DNA of 64,000 nt from Thelocarpon superellum (GCA_026025795.1 JAPEUG010000001.1:62001-126000); one strand, 5' to 3'; shown: positions 25,187 through 41,575, counted from the first letter of the stretch. A program made the numbers and translations. The notes: generated by a model from the letters alone, not told the origin.

Positions 25187-26561
25187 ATGCTTTCCCTGAC
25201 CCATCGTGACGATGATCCGATGCGCGAGCTGATTCCACCTTTGTGGGTTTGCTCTCTCGGCTTGGTCGGGGTTGTGTCGCTGCTCCTGTCCCCCGGACGA
25301 ACCCGCTTCTTCCTCTTCCTTCCCATCACCACGGCTATTGTCCTTTATACACCTTATATCCGGACAGCGACGCACTTGCAAGACTACTCGACCGGCTGCA
25401 ACATCGCCCATTGCTTCCTCTTATGGGTGGATCGACTACTCTTGTCCGATGCCGAACGTGACTTTTATCATGTTCGCGGCCCCTCGGCGCGTGATCCCGC
25501 TTCGCCGCTCTCTCCGCCGCCCTTCGACAGCTGGACGGCCAAGCTTCGGTGGAGTGGCGGCCTGTGGGTGCAGATGCGTGGCGTGGGGTGGTCCTGGCAG
25601 GTCAACGGCGTGCCGCCCGCGCTACCGGCCACCTATCCAAGATGGTACGGTGGTGATGTGAGCCGGGACCCCGAACCGTGCTGATAAAGGGCCAGGCGGT
25701 TCGTGGCCCGAAACATCGCCTATGGGCTCTTCGTCGTGTATGTTCCAATGGACGTCTTACAGACCATCTTCCAGCGGTCACTGCCCGGGAAAGCTGCGCG
25801 TGCCGGGGCCTTCCTTGAATTACCGTTCGTGACTCAGGCAGTCTACACCTGGGCTTACTTCATCTTCACTTACTTGGGCTTGGAAGCCTCCTACTCGCTC
25901 GGCATCGTGCTGTCGGTCGCGAGTGGCCTCTGCACTCCCGAGGACTGTCCGCCACTCTGGGGACCCCTGAGCGAAATTTACACCTTGAGTCGAGCATGGG
26001 GGTAGGAAGTGGATGCTCCCTACTTCCCGTCAGACGCTGACATTTACGGAAACAGACGTTTCTGGCACGGATTGTTGCGTAGGGTCAGTCTGCGTCACTT
26101 CTTCCCCGTCCGGGCCACCATCAGTCGTCGCTGACCGACGTTGGCCGCGCTCACAGATTGCAAGCTCGTACAGCAGGACCGTTGCCTATCGGTTGTTGGG
26201 ATGTCGGAAAGGCTCGGCGCTGTCACGACTCACGCAGATTTGGGTAGGGTTTGCCGTTAGCGGAGCGGTGCATTGCTTCGGTGCGTACACACTGGTGCGC
26301 CACGATATGGGCCAGGCCAAGTTCTTCCTGATCCAACCTTGCGGGATCATGTTGGAGGAAGTGGTCATCATGGTCGGCGGGCGGCTTGGTATCCAGGGTG
26401 GAGCTCGCATCCGCTGTCTGGGCTACCTCTGGGTGATCGCATGGTTCACCTGGTGGACGCGAGAGGTGATGGATGGATTGGCCGCTGCGAAGATCTGGAG
26501 TGACGAAGTTGTCCCACCTAGCGGTGCTGGCGACTGGCTGTTCAGGCAATTGAGCCTATGA
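25187..26561 (+). CDS. MBOAT_2 membrane-bound O-acyltransferase (TRI7/wax-synthase-like), spliced
   Basis: Multiple hydrophobic helices, RGVGWSWQV, PPLWGPL..TLSRAWG|RFWH, FAVSGAVH, FFLIQPCGIMLEE and LGYLWVIAWF. The start codon is uncertain. Confidence 0.8.
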
Positions 26562-27008
26562 CATGTGACTTGCCAAGTAGGGTGCATCTGACGTTCACGT
26601 TGCGACTCAGACCCAAATCCGAATAGCTTCTCGGACAGAATCCTGTGTGGCCCAAGTGCGTGGCGAAGAGGCTGCTCAAATGCCACCACCGGTATCACCA
26701 ACGGCGTTGATCAAGATGAGGAATATCTGCGGCCGCTTTTGACACAAATATGCGGATTCGTCTCCTGTACTCTGGTTGGATTTGCCGGCGGCCGTGGTGA
26801 GCGTTCCTCGTACGGTGTGACTGACGAGTACTCGCACTCTAGTGCCAAGACGAAAGCTAGCCGCAGCCAATTAGGCCCGACAACCGTGGTCCTTCTTTTC
26901 TGTCCCGACCGAGCCCGATCGCAGCTCAACCCACGACTCGCTCTTTCCCCATCAACCCTCCTTCATCCACTCCATTTCCATCTCACTCGCTCCTTAGCGT
27001 TCATCAAG

Positions 27009-28984
<1,976 letters not shown>

Positions 28985-29771
28985 TTGGATCGCCTCGACT
29001 CCTCATCTTCTCTCCTTTGCAGTCAGAGAGTCAGTCAGTCAATCAATGTAGTGTAGTCTCTACTTCGTCGTCAAGCACCCTCGGTAGCTACGTGGAGGGT
29101 GGCGGTGTGATGTGATGGTGATGGTGGTGGTGATAGACGGGGAGTGGAAGTGAGGTAGTCCAATACAATCAGGCACGAAGTGAGCTGTCACAATTGGAGG
29201 ATTGGGTTGAGAAGTGAGTTGAAGCATTATTTGAGCACTGAGGAGAGGGGAGAGAGGGAAGGAGGGAGGAGAGCAAGCTAGAGACGGGATCCCTAGACTC
29301 CAAGTTCTAGTCCGGCCCCTCCGTCCGGCGATATTCAGGAGGCCTCCCATTCCCTTTCCTCCATTCGTCATCTCCGCTCTCCCATCTGTCCCTCTCGTGC
29401 TCCATGTTGGGTCTTTCCGTCCTTCGCCCTTGTTCTTCCTCCTGATTATATCGCCGTATCATCACCATCGGCTCATCGCCCTACCCTCCTTCGGGGTTCT
29501 TCAGGCATCTGTTCCCCCGTCTCCAGTCACCGTCCGGGTCAATCGGGTCGGTTCTTCTTACTACCTATCTACTTGAACGCTCTAGTAATACAGTGAACGG
29601 AAAGGATCGTACCCTCCCCCTTCCCCGCACATCATCCGGCTCCACCCCTGCTTTCATTCTGTCGCCCGTGACCCCTCCCCTCCCTCGCATCTTCTCCCTC
29701 CCTCGTATACCTCTTCTTCCCTATCCCCCCGTCCCCCCGTCCCCCATCCCCCTCAGAGGGGCCAGCACCCG

Positions 29772-32700
29772 CTACCCGCTTGTCGGAGCAGGCGAGGGCT
29801 CCACCAACGCTGCGGCCGTTACCGGCCCCAGCTCCCCTACCGCCTCGCGGCGGAAGCGCTCCCAGAACTGCGTCGGCGTGAAATACTCGACAAGGTTATC
29901 GTTATACGGAAGTCTTGCCGGGGGGGTGGGGTCCACTATGATAAAGTGGCGACGGTAGCGGACGTGCAGCAGGCACAGCTGGGGGAAGATGTTCATCATC
30001 CAGTCGTTGTCGTCCATGCTGTTATCCCGGATCTCCAGGTCCGAGTTGTCCCATTGGATGGGGCTCTCCTCGGTTGGGACCATACGGTTCTCGTGATCCA
30101 GTAGAGGGGACGTGTTGCCCGGCTCGCACATGTACTCTCCCACGAGCGCCACGAAGTTGACCCGCCTGCCTCGTACCATCTGTCAGTTCGTGGCGTCCGG
30201 AGTAGAGGACTCCGTGAGGAGGGGACGGGGTTACGTACGCTTCGAGGAGGGCGGGGGGATCGGCCGAATGCTCCGTTGCCACATGCAAGGCCCACGCCGC
30301 CAGATTCGGTCGCCCGTACACCTTCCAGGACTGCGGTCCCTGCTCGCGGAGCACCACCCGGAGCCAGCGGACAATGTCCCGGGCCGTCACCGGGTCCTCA
30401 AGGACCAGGTTCGGCGTGATGAGGACCATGCCTCCCGATGGCAGAAGCAAGTTGCAGTGGAAGCCCAAGTAGTCTTTCTCATCGGTCACGTCGAGCCCGC
30501 GGGGCACAGCTTCGGTCCGCACGCCGAATTCAAGGATCTTGATCTTTTTCTTCGCCAGCGCGTGGCGGAAACCAATCTGGAGGTGGAACCTATGAAAGCT
30601 CGGATGGACCTGTTACACCTGTCAGTCTTGACGGGTGGGGCAGGTGCGAAAGGGAGAATCGTACCAAGACCACACCCGCATCATGTTCGCGCGCGAATGC
30701 GGTCAGACTGACGTCTTCGTGAGATACAACGCTGTTGGCCCCACGCTCCCAGAGGTATTCACGGTAGACCTCCTCCTCATTGGAGAGTTCCCAGGGGCAC
30801 ATGATGATGAAGTTGTCCGTTCGCTCGCTCTCGCTCGATGGGACGGAGAGCAAGCTCTCATATTGTGTGCTGCGGGCACCGCGGTAAGCTTGCACGAGCG
30901 TGTTGTTCGAAGACAGGACACTTTGATTCATTGAGCTCCACGACCACGTCGGCCGCGTAGTGTCCGTCGAGGGGCCACGGAGCTGCCAATAAAACCTCAC
31001 ATCTTCATCGACGCGGACGAATTCATCACCGGGGTGCTGAAAGTCCTTCATCTTTCGCGGGTAGATCAACAGCGTGAAATCCGGGTCGCGCAGAACAGCC
31101 ACGGCATCGTTTAAGCCGAGGGATAGAGCCAAAGCGTCGACCTTATCAGACAGGACCATGTCGGTACGGAGGTTCTGGGACTTGACTTTCCCATCCGCAG
31201 CCAGATCGGGCCACTCCTGCATGAGGTCAGACGCAGCGAATCCTCATAGACACGCCAGCTTACATCGGAGTGGGAGAGGTTGACGTAGCGGGCCATTTGG
31301 GGATCCTTCAGGTAGACACGGTCTCCCTCCTTGAAACGAGCATCGAACTTTGCGACGATCGGATGGTCGACTTTGGGTTGCATGACGATCCGACCCACAT
31401 CGAGCTCCTCTTCGCCCACTAAGATGTGCATGCCGTACGTCACGTCGGAAGGGATGCCCATTTTCGTCTCGTGGGTCGAAAGCTCGCGTTGCGGGTGAGT
31501 AGGAGTGGATGGCTGCGACACAAATCCCGACTTGTGTCGCTCAAGATATGTGGCCAACGAGATGGTTTTTTTGATGGGCTGGACCTCGGAGGCTGGACTT
31601 GGAACTTGGTTGTTTTGCCCGGTGACCACTTGCAACGTGGGCCGCGGAGCGTGAATGATCTCAGCCGAGGCGACGGGGTGTGTGGACACTTCCCCCGCAT
31701 GTCCGAGTGATGTCGGCGATTTTGCTTCTTCCTCTGCACGTGTCGCTGGCTGTTTTGCCAACCGACCAGGCCCCGGCGCCACTTTCATGCTCTCTGTTGG
31801 ACGCTTTGATGCCGCCTTCGAGCCCACATCTTTGACTCTCCTTCCGTCCATGGTGAACAACGCCAGCTGCGTGAGATCGGGCGCTGGTTCTTCGCGACCC
31901 TTCAACTCGTATCGACGCATCTCCGCAAGCGTCTTGAAAAAGGGTCCAGCAGAGGATGGGTTGGAGCTGAGCCGACGAGTCCGCAGCTTGGAGGGGGGCT
32001 TCACGACCCGCGACGGACCACGACCTATCGCCCCCATGATCCCACTCCGTCGAGCCCCGGGAGGCCCCATCCGAGCCGGGGGAAGGATCGGTGAGCGACG
32101 CGCGGGATGCGGACGCTGGTGTGACACGTTGGATCGAGATCCCACGTTCTTCGGCACCACTCCTCCCTGTGGAGGCCCGGTGGCTGTTTCCCGCATTCGA
32201 TCTGTCTTCTCTACAGCCGCGGGCGTTTTTGCCGCACCCGTTCTCTGCGATGGCTTTGTTGTCGACCCTTCGTCTCCCGGCACTTTTGTTGTCCCTGTGG
32301 AGGCGCGTCGGCCATCGGCCGCGCCCGTGCGGGCTTGTCCCGGATGTTTCTTCGGCGATTGTGCCGTCGTTGCGCTGGTGGGAGGACGGACCTCGCGGTT
32401 CGGCTGGTCGTCGGCGTGGCTCGAATGGCGGCGATGGCGGGGCGCCGAAACCCGAGGCTCGCGCTCATCGACCACACCATCGAGCGTATCCAGCAGACCA
32501 AGCGCGCTCCGCTTGGCTTCCCGACGAAGTTTGCGCTGATCTCGCGCCAGCTCGGCCGCGGCGACGGCGTCATGGAAGTCCTGCAGCTCGAAGGGGAGGG
32601 CGAGTCCTTGAGCAATCTGGGCTTTTTGCTCTTCCCAATCATGCAAGAGAGTCTCCTCGGGGAAGGACTCGCGGGGTTCCCACGTCGATCGATCCAGCGG

Positions 32701-32916
32701 ATATCCCTCCCATTTCACCAAGTAACGAGGTGAGGTGGAGCCGATGGCGGTGGATTCGGTTAAGATGGACTCGACCACGTACTCGTCGGCCGGCTCGCTC
32801 GATACGGACGACGTGACGGAGATGTCGTCCTCCTCATGATCATGGGCATCTTCGCGGCACGGGTTCGGGTCACGCATGGGTACGAAGAGGGGTGATGACG
32901 CTCTGCCGCCTGCCAT
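29772..32916 (-). CDS. Chromodomain protein (Chp1/CDP-2-like), spliced
   Basis: N-terminal chromodomain EYVVESIL..RYLVKWEGYPLDRSTWEP with aromatic-cage residues, then a coiled-coil/basic linker and a conserved-looking C-terminal part over ORFs 30590..31222, 30022..30522 and 29772..30179. The family assignment is inference. Confidence 0.8.
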
Positions 32917-34413
32917 GATCGCTCGACTCAACGTGGGCGGCGGGGACGCGGAAGATGAACGGATGTTGGATGACGCGGCGCCGAGCGTGCCCCAGCAGCG
33001 CGATGGATGTGATCGCTGACCAGATCAGCAGCAGACGACTTGGAACGGCTCACCCGAGGTCCTGATGAAGGTTGAAAGCCACGTGTGGAGATCTTGTGAC
33101 ACGGCAGCGGATTCGAGGGGTAGGCTCATGTCCGACGTATGAGCTGGAAGAGGTGAAGAAGCAGAAGGCTTGTCGATGTCGTGAGATTTATAAGCCCACG
33201 AGCAGTGTTGTGGGACGACGACTCAGCGATGACCGAGAACCAAACTGAACACGGCACGATGCGGTTTGGATAGCACCGTTCACACAGGACACGACGAGAG
33301 CATAATCACGACGGGTGGACAGCACCCTACTCCACCACACGCCCATTCCAACGTGGCAGGGAGAAGGGGCAGCAAACGAGCACACAGCAGGTGCGAACGG
33401 TGACCATCTACATCAGACGACGGGGCCGACTGAAGACAGCCATCACCGTCAGGCGTTCCTGCAGTCACGATTGCCAGACCGGCACCCTGTCACCACTCAA
33501 ACCACTTCAGGCTTGATCATTGCGATCCCGATGGAGCCGTGTTCTGAGGAACCTTCAGCCAGGCTGCAGCCATGCCGGGCGGCGACCTCTTTGGATTCGG
33601 TTCTGCGTCTATCTTGGCTTATGTCCTCGGATACATTGGGGCGTAGGAGATCCTCCGCCGGGTGATGGGACCCACCGGCTCGATCACTGGGTTAGTGGAG
33701 GAGGACATGGCCGTTGTAGACCACCATTAGATAGGAATCGTAGGTGAAGGTAGTGTCCCACCTCAAGCTCGTTGTTGGCCCCAGCCAGGGCGATTGTTTC
33801 GGCCCCGCTCACTTACCCTGCGAGCGCTCCTGCTTACGTGACCGGCAAAGACCTTATCCATCGCTGTGGGCTACTCGCCGCTCGCCGCTCGCTGCTCGCT
33901 GTTCGTTGCCTGGCGAGCACCGTTTCGGATTTTAGAGCGAGGGTCATGTGTCCGCCGGCGACTGGACTCCCCTCCCGCTATGATTAGATAGGGCCCATGT
34001 TGACTCTGCACCCGCACCAAATTCCCATCACGCATTCCATCAGGGCCAGGTACAGCACACGCCCACTTGGCGGTTGGTGCGTCTAAAGTTCATCGGCCGG
34101 CACGTTCCTCCGTTTGTTGTGTACAAAGGTAGCCGATCCCAGTAGTCCCGTTCGGCGTCCCGCCACAGCTCATCGCTGTCTACGTGGTATCTGAGCATCT
34201 CGCATCCCGCATGTCACGGCCCCTCCCCCCCTGTCCAGCACTTTCTCAAACCTCCATCACGACTCTCCCCACGCCGACCCCACGCTGACCTCACCAACCC
34301 ACCAGCCTGCTCGCACCTCATCACGCTGTTATCCTGTGCCGTGCGCTCGCGCCACACCGTCGCCATCACTTTGTGCCCGTTCCGTGATCCTGTTCAACTC
34401 GCTCACAGCGATC

Positions 34414-35306
<893 letters not shown>

Positions 35307-35709
35307 GCGGCGTCGGATCTGTCGCGGATCGAACTTTCACTGCGCATAATTTGAGGCGGTGGATGGGGCTCGGGAGCCGGTCCGACCTGAGTCAGCCAGG
35401 GGCGGGTAGAGTGGATGGCCGTCTTCCGATCAGGCGTCTTTCGTCCTCAGCCCGGTTACGTGTGTCATGGGTTTTGTTCTTCCACACCTCCTGCCTTCCT
35501 CGGTCATCCGGTGCCCTCGATCTTTAGCAATCTCCATTGAACCCTTAGACGGGGCGTCGATCGGACCGTGAGATGACGACACATGTAGGCCGCCTGCTCG
35601 GTCGGGAGCTTCGCGGGTAATATACAATGCCTGAGCCCAGCATCTCTCCATCCTATCTTCCTTCCCTGTCCGTTCCAGGTCCACATCCCGTGCCCTCCGA
35701 CCTCTTTCC

Positions 35710-36352
35710 TCACGTGAGGTTTTGCGAGTAGATTTGACGCTCGCGGAGGTGGACGGGAGTCACATTCGACGGCGTGCCTGGGATGACCTTTTCCAATCTC
35801 TATGGTCCTTCGCATCAGCTCACATGGCTCTGGCGCGGAGCGTCTTCACTTACCAGATTGTCAAACACGCACTTGTTCAGCGGCCGCTCGAACCGCCGGC
35901 AGTGCCAGAGCTGTTGGTTGTTGTTTTCGAGACACTCCCAATGTTTTCGGAATTCTTCCAGACAGTGCTTGTTGACGTCTTCTAACCTGCCTCGCCCGAT
36001 GCATCGTCAGTATCAGGACCTCCATGGCGCGGCAGGGCGGCGTACACGCTGGCCGCACATCTCGTGACTTTCCGCCCCTCCTTTAGGCAGTCAATCTCGC
36101 CCGTGCCGTTGGCCTGCGTCTTGCAGACCATGTAGTCGTCATTGTACGCTTTGCATCGGGCCCCGATGAAGTACGCCGCGCTCAAGAGCGGGGCCGAACT
36201 GGCTCCGATCTCTCGCACCTTAGGAATGGAGTCGGGAAGCGGCGTCGTATCCACGAGGACCTGCTGGTTGAAGCTGTCCGCACCGGTCAGCGTCGGTTCG
36301 GTCCGAGGCCACTCGGCCGCGATCCGACGTACCGTGGCTGCCGTGTCGACAT
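35710..36352 (-). CDS. NDUFA8: Complex I 20.8-kDa subunit (NDUFA8 family), spliced
   Basis: MSTRQPR|FNQQVLVDTTPLP, EIGASSAPLLSAAYFIGARC..YMVC..CLKEGRKVTRC (twin CX9C), ending LEKVIPG..VHLRERQIY. Confidence 0.92.
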
Positions 36353-36811
36353 GGTGAGTTCCCTAGCCCGACACACTCGTCAATCGGGCCGTCGCGGATG
36401 TTGGACAGGCTGGGTCAAACCGCTCCAGCGTGAGGGTTGACTTTGACGGCGGCGAGTCGGGTCGGGATGCGCGCTATGCCCCGCCGTAGAAAGTTCTCCA
36501 CGGACCTCGACGACCAGCTGAACAATCATCATTCATCAATCATCACGGGGAGCTCCAGCCGCCCGTTCGACACCAAGAAACTTGATGACGCGGCGCCCCT
36601 TTGCGCCCTCGTCTGATCCTGGAAGTCTTGGTTGCTGGCTTGCACTTTCACCAACGTGAGTGCCGCCGTCCCCATCGTCACGCGCCAGGCCCGGTCCTCT
36701 GCACGCGTCGACCAGCCGCGTCCACGGCACCCATCTTCCTCCCCATGCTCTCGCCTTCGCGCCGCCTCTTGCTCTGAGCTGCAGGGTCACGACTCCACTC
36801 CTTCCACCATC

Positions 36812-38230
36812 ATGGCTCTCTTCGGCTCCAGCACGCCACAGGCGCCCAACCTCTTTGGCGCTCCGAACAACCAGCCGCCACAAGCTACCGGCAGCAGTCT
36901 CTTCGGCGCCTCCACCCAGCGTCCTGCTGCCAGCACAAGCACTGGATTGTTTGGCGCACCCGCCCAGGCTCAGTCCACCGCCCAGCAGGGCTCATCGCTC
37001 TTTGGAGGCACGACACAGCCCCAGCAACACGCCGCATCGCTCTTTGGGGGCACGACACAACCCCAGCAGCAAGCCGCATCGCTCTTTGGATCCACAACTC
37101 AACCCCAGCAACAAACCCAAGCGTCGCCGGGCAGCTCCCTCTTTCAGAACCCGGGGGCGTCTCAGCAGAAGCCCAATCCCTTTGGGGCCTCCACACTGCC
37201 CCAACAGGGGACCGGCTTGTTTGGCGCCTCTGTCTCGCAGCCGCAGCCCGCCACGGGCGTCAGCTCGAGCGGGGTTCAATCCTTTCAGTCGTCGCGTATG
37301 GGTGCCGCACCGTTGTGGCAGCCCGGCAGCGGCATCAGCCCTCGTTCGTTGCCATGGTCCCCCCAAGCTGCAACCTGCCACTGACATCTTTCCAGGTCAG
37401 AAATCCGTCCCTGAGCAGATCCAGACCGTGACGGAGAAATGGCGACCCCAGGGCGCGGACTGCGTCTTTGAACACTACTTCTACAACCACGTGGGGGAGC
37501 ATCGGGCTCCGTACTATCGTCCTCCGCCGGAGGAGGACGAGAAGAAGTGGGAGGCGGCCCTGGCCAAGAAACCTGGTCCGGGCTACATCCCCGTGCGGGC
37601 GGTCGGCTATGCCGATCTCGCCGCGCGCTTGAGTCAACAGGCCCAATATCTCAAAGGATACAACGCACGCATGCACGAGATCAACGACAGCCTCACGGCC
37701 ATGTTGCAACGACATGACCTGGTCGTCTCGATCCGCGCCGCGGACGCGCGGCGCCGACATCAGACCCTGTCGCAACGGTGCACCGTCCTCGCCACCAAGG
37801 TGCAGGTGCTCAAGAATCGGGGGTACGCTATGAGCGGCGAAGAGGAAGAGCTCAAGAAGAAGTTGCGGGGCTTGGAAAAGATGGTGCTGGACCCGGCGCT
37901 GGAAGGACGGTCCGAAGGCATCTGGGCCCGTATGTTCGCCGTTCGGGAGCGTGCCGAGGCTTTACAGCGGGAGATGGACAAATCGGCCCATGGCATGACC
38001 AAGGCCCCGACGGAGACAATTGACGATGAGCTTGTGCAAAAAGCGAGCAAGGTGAGTGCCGTTGTCTTACTCCCCACTGGATTTCGCGGCTCACTCCACC
38101 TCAGATTCTGGACGACTTTGCCAGCCAACTTCATCATCTACGAAAAGAGCTCGAGCAGATTCATGTCGACTTGGCGTCGTGGGAGCAGACGTCAAGAACG
38201 TCAATGGGCGGCACTCTACGTGGACGATAA
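36812..38230 (+). CDS. NUP57: FG nucleoporin Nup57/Nup54 (spliced)
   Basis: SLFG/GLFG repeats, then QKSVPEQIQTV..W..C.F..YFYN, a Nup54-type domain (WEAAL..PGPGYIPV..G) and a coiled-coil tail. Confidence 0.9.
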
Positions 38231-38420
38231 GTCTCAGGCGCTCCTCGTACGTTCTAGCATCGTGTACCATTAGAAATGAGAGGAGCTGTGCCATGACCCA
38301 TGACTTGAATACGGCTGGCCCTCAAGAGTGTGGTATTCATGTCCTTTGACGATCCTCTCTGACGTATCGTACACACGCGTCCCCGCCTATCCCATGCTCC
38401 CTCCTCTTTCCCTCGTCTCT

Positions 38421-38742
38421 TCAGACCAGCCGCTTGATGTAGTCGATCGCGAAGGGAGCTGGACGTGGCCATGAATCAGCTTGCTCTGTGATGGAAAGAT
38501 GTGATTTGGGGGGGACCAACAAAGGTACAATAGCAGACTTCCGATCGCCACTCGTTGTACCGTGATGAGCGCTTCTTCCTCTTGGGCCTGCACCGTCTTG
38601 GTCTCAGGACGCGTCCTCCGTTGGCAGCATCACAGCTTTTCTCGTACCTTGATCTCGGCCTTGCTCGGCGCGGGTGGTGCTACAGATCAACGTCAGCGTA
38701 GTTCATGTGCTCCAGAGATATTCACTTACGTCCTCCGAACAT
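38421..38742 (-). CDS. TOM5: Mitochondrial outer-membrane translocase subunit Tom5 (4 exons, not recovered as a complete ORF in the track)
   Basis: Spliced by eye it reads MFGGPPPAPSKAEIKAQEEEALITVQRVAIGSLLLYLSPFAIDYIKRLV*, matching the fungal Tom5 pattern MFGG..P..E...LYLSPF.ID. Confidence 0.88.
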
Positions 38743-39039
38743 GTTTGCGGTGGTTTGGAAGTCTCCAAGTGCTTGATCGAGTCAGGTGTGAAGGATGTGA
38801 GCTTCACTCGAGCTGGTAGAAACTAATGCTGACTAATCAAGCCTCCAACGACGTCTTTCTCCTGGACGGCACGTGACATGGAATATCCACGACCTGAGGA
38901 TGGACCACATCTGTTGACCGTCTGTATCAGCCAGCTTCAGAATTCACGGGATTCGACTCTCCACCTTTCCCCGCATCTGGCTTGGTGATCCCATCTCGAT
39001 CTCGACGCCGGGACCCACCCCCCTTCGCCCTCCTTCATC

Positions 39040-40523
39040 ATGTCGTCCGCTTCAGGCTCCCTCCCCGGAACCCCTCTATCAGAGGCAGATCACGACGCTC
39101 GGGATGTCAGCCATTCCCCGTCGGAAGAACGCGAGGTCGCTCCGCGCGACGTCGAGGACTTTGACGATGACGACGAAAATCTGTCAGATTCTGACCTCTC
39201 CGACGTGGACGAAGCCCAGTTCGAGGACTTTGATCCCGCCAACGTCGCCATCGAGGACCGGCCGGCCATCGCTGTGGATGAGACGAATGTGGCCCTTCTG
39301 GGCGTGCACAAGCGTAAACGACCCGCAGGAGCGGCGGACGACGACGGCAGCAAGAAGAAGAAGAAAGAGGGCACACGCGAGAAGCCGAAGAAGAACCGGA
39401 AGAAGAAGGACGAGGATGACTTGAGTGGTGGAGAAGAAGTCAGTGGGAAGCGGGAGCGGCCGAAGAAGGCGGCGGGCGAACGGCGAGAGAAGGCCAAGCC
39501 GAGAGAGCGCACGCCGGAGAACGAGTCGGAACTGACTCCGGAAGAACGTGAGTGGCGCGCGTCTGGCGGCTTGAATGGTGGCTCACGGCCGAACAGGGAG
39601 ACGACGAGCTTTGGATCGAGCCATGGATGTCGCCTTGCGAAATCCAAACAAAGGACGACGACGACAGGATGGGGTGGTACGTTCCATCGGCCGTGACGTC
39701 GTTGACGATGCTGACGGTTTGGTAGAGCTTGGAGGACGACGCTGATGCCATCATCGACAATCTACGACAGCGCATGATCGGAGCGGCCGAGGCGGATAAC
39801 GAATCTCGCAAGGCGGGATTGGCGGCGCACCAAAAGCTCAAGCTTCTGCCAGAGGTGGTGGCTCTCCTCAACCGCACCAATCTCCAACACGCCATTGTCG
39901 ATCCCGAGGCCAATCTGATGGAATCGGTGCGATTCTTCCTCGAGCCCTTGTCGGATGGGAGCCTGCCGGCGTACAACATCCAGCGCGATCTCTTCGCGGC
40001 GTTGGCCAAGCTCCCCATCAACCACGAGACGCTGGTGGCCAGTGGCCTCGGCAAGGTCGCGCTGTTCTACACCAAGAGCAAGCGACCCGAGGTGGGGATC
40101 AAGCGACAGGCGGAGCGATTGCTGGGCGAATGGAGTCGACCGATCTTGAAGCGGACGGATGACTATCGCAAGCGGCAGATGGTGTCTGCTGAATATGATC
40201 CCACGTACGTGTTGTGTTGCCCTGCGGTCTCCCGCGTCACGCCGTCTCTACTGACACGATATGATCTCTGCAGGAAACTGCCCGTCCGCTCCGGCGCGTC
40301 GCAACGCACGCCGGCTCAAGAGCGCGAAGCCGCCCTGGCCCTGCCGGTGCGCAACCCGAACCGGGCGCAAATGCAAACGGGCGTCAGCAGCTACAAGATT
40401 GTGCCGAAGAGCGTGGTCAGCAATTCTGGGGCGTTTGCACGGCCCATGGGCGCCAGTGGCGATGATAAGTTTCGACGCATGAAGGCCCGGCAGATGGGCA
40501 AGGCTGTGGGGGGAAAGAAGTAG
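39040..40523 (+). CDS. IWS1: Transcription elongation factor Iws1/Spn1 (spliced)
   Basis: Acidic/basic N-terminus and a TFIIS-N-like domain KLKLLPEV..FFLEPLSDGSLPAYNIQ..SGLGKV..EWSRPILKR. Confidence 0.93.
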
Positions 40524-40837
40524 GGCACGGGACGAGGGGAAGTGTGTTCCTGGTCTTTCCTACACCTCCTCTATACCTCTATACCCTTTCTCAACTTCTA
40601 TTCCTCCTCCATGGCCATCAAGGGTTGTTAGTTCTGGTCAACGACAGGCGGCATACATATCGTGGGCGAGGATGCAAGGGAACAAGCGAGCATGGCATGA
40701 CAAGGCCTAAACATGATTTCTGGGCCGAGGCGTTTCGAGAGATAGAATCGAGACCGAAGTGGCAAGTGTGAAAGTTGAGAAGATCTAGGATGCAACCCCC
40801 CCCCCCGCGTCTCTCTCTTTCTTCCTGCACTCCTCCC

Positions 40838-41490
40838 CTATTTCGGTCCTTGTAGGAGCGGTTCGAACAGGGTACGATTGAGCAAGCGTAAATCACCGAC
40901 CGGGACGCCCTAAGGGAAAAGAGAGAAGCGTGAGAACGAAGGAAAGAAAGGAAGCAAGGAAAGAACAAGCTCACCACGACCAAAATGATGCGTTCAACCA
41001 GCCAATATCCCGTATGATCCGGCTTTCGATCGAACAAGTCGACATAATAGCCCTTGGTGTTGACGGTAAGGTTACCAAGGAACAAGTCAGCCGAGACTGC
41101 CGTCTTGACATAGACCGGGCCGGTGGTGGTGGTGTTCGCCCCCTGACTCCCTTCATCCGCCCAAAGTAGTGTCTGCGTGGAATGCTGATGGATGGTGCTC
41201 AAATCATCCACGATGCCATGCAAGCGGTCCTCGAAGGCGTCGCGGCCGTCGACGACGTCGCCGAAGAAGTTGACGCTCACGTTCGGCGATACCACATCGG
41301 CCAGCTGCGAGAACTGCTTGTCGTCCACCGCGCGCGCGTATGCCTGGCTTGCCGACCGCACGTCTGTGTACGTTTGCGCGTCCAGCGTGGACGAGGTGTG
41401 CGCGATATCTGTCTGGTTGGCTGTGAGTCCTGCCGCTTGGCCCACGAGCAGGAGCGCCAGGACGCTGCTGATGGAGGACTGGTACTTCAT
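40838..41490 (-). CDS. Small secreted SnoaL/NTF2-like protein (one intron)
   Basis: Signal peptide MKYQSSISSVLALLLVGQAAG, then YARAVDDKQF..L, GRDAF, TIHQ and GYYVDLFDR..W...R (SnoaL_4 pattern). A TATATAA box lies on the minus strand at ~41739-41745. Confidence 0.75.
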
Positions 41491-41535
41491 TTTGGGTTGG
41501 TGGAGGTCCTGTTTCTTGTCTTTCCTCTCTCTTTT

Positions 41536-41575
41536 GTTTCGTTTCGTTTCGTTTCCTTTCGTTTCCTTTCGTTTT
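41536..41575. repeat. (GTTTC)n-type pentanucleotide microsatellite upstream of the SnoaL-like gene
   Basis: gtttc gtttc gtttc gtttc ctttc gtttc ctttc gtttt. Confidence 0.85.

Noticed and set aside
36980..37130. Tandem ~39-bp repeats resembling a CRISPR-like array
   Set aside because: They encode SLFG nucleoporin repeats of NUP57 and have no unique spacers.
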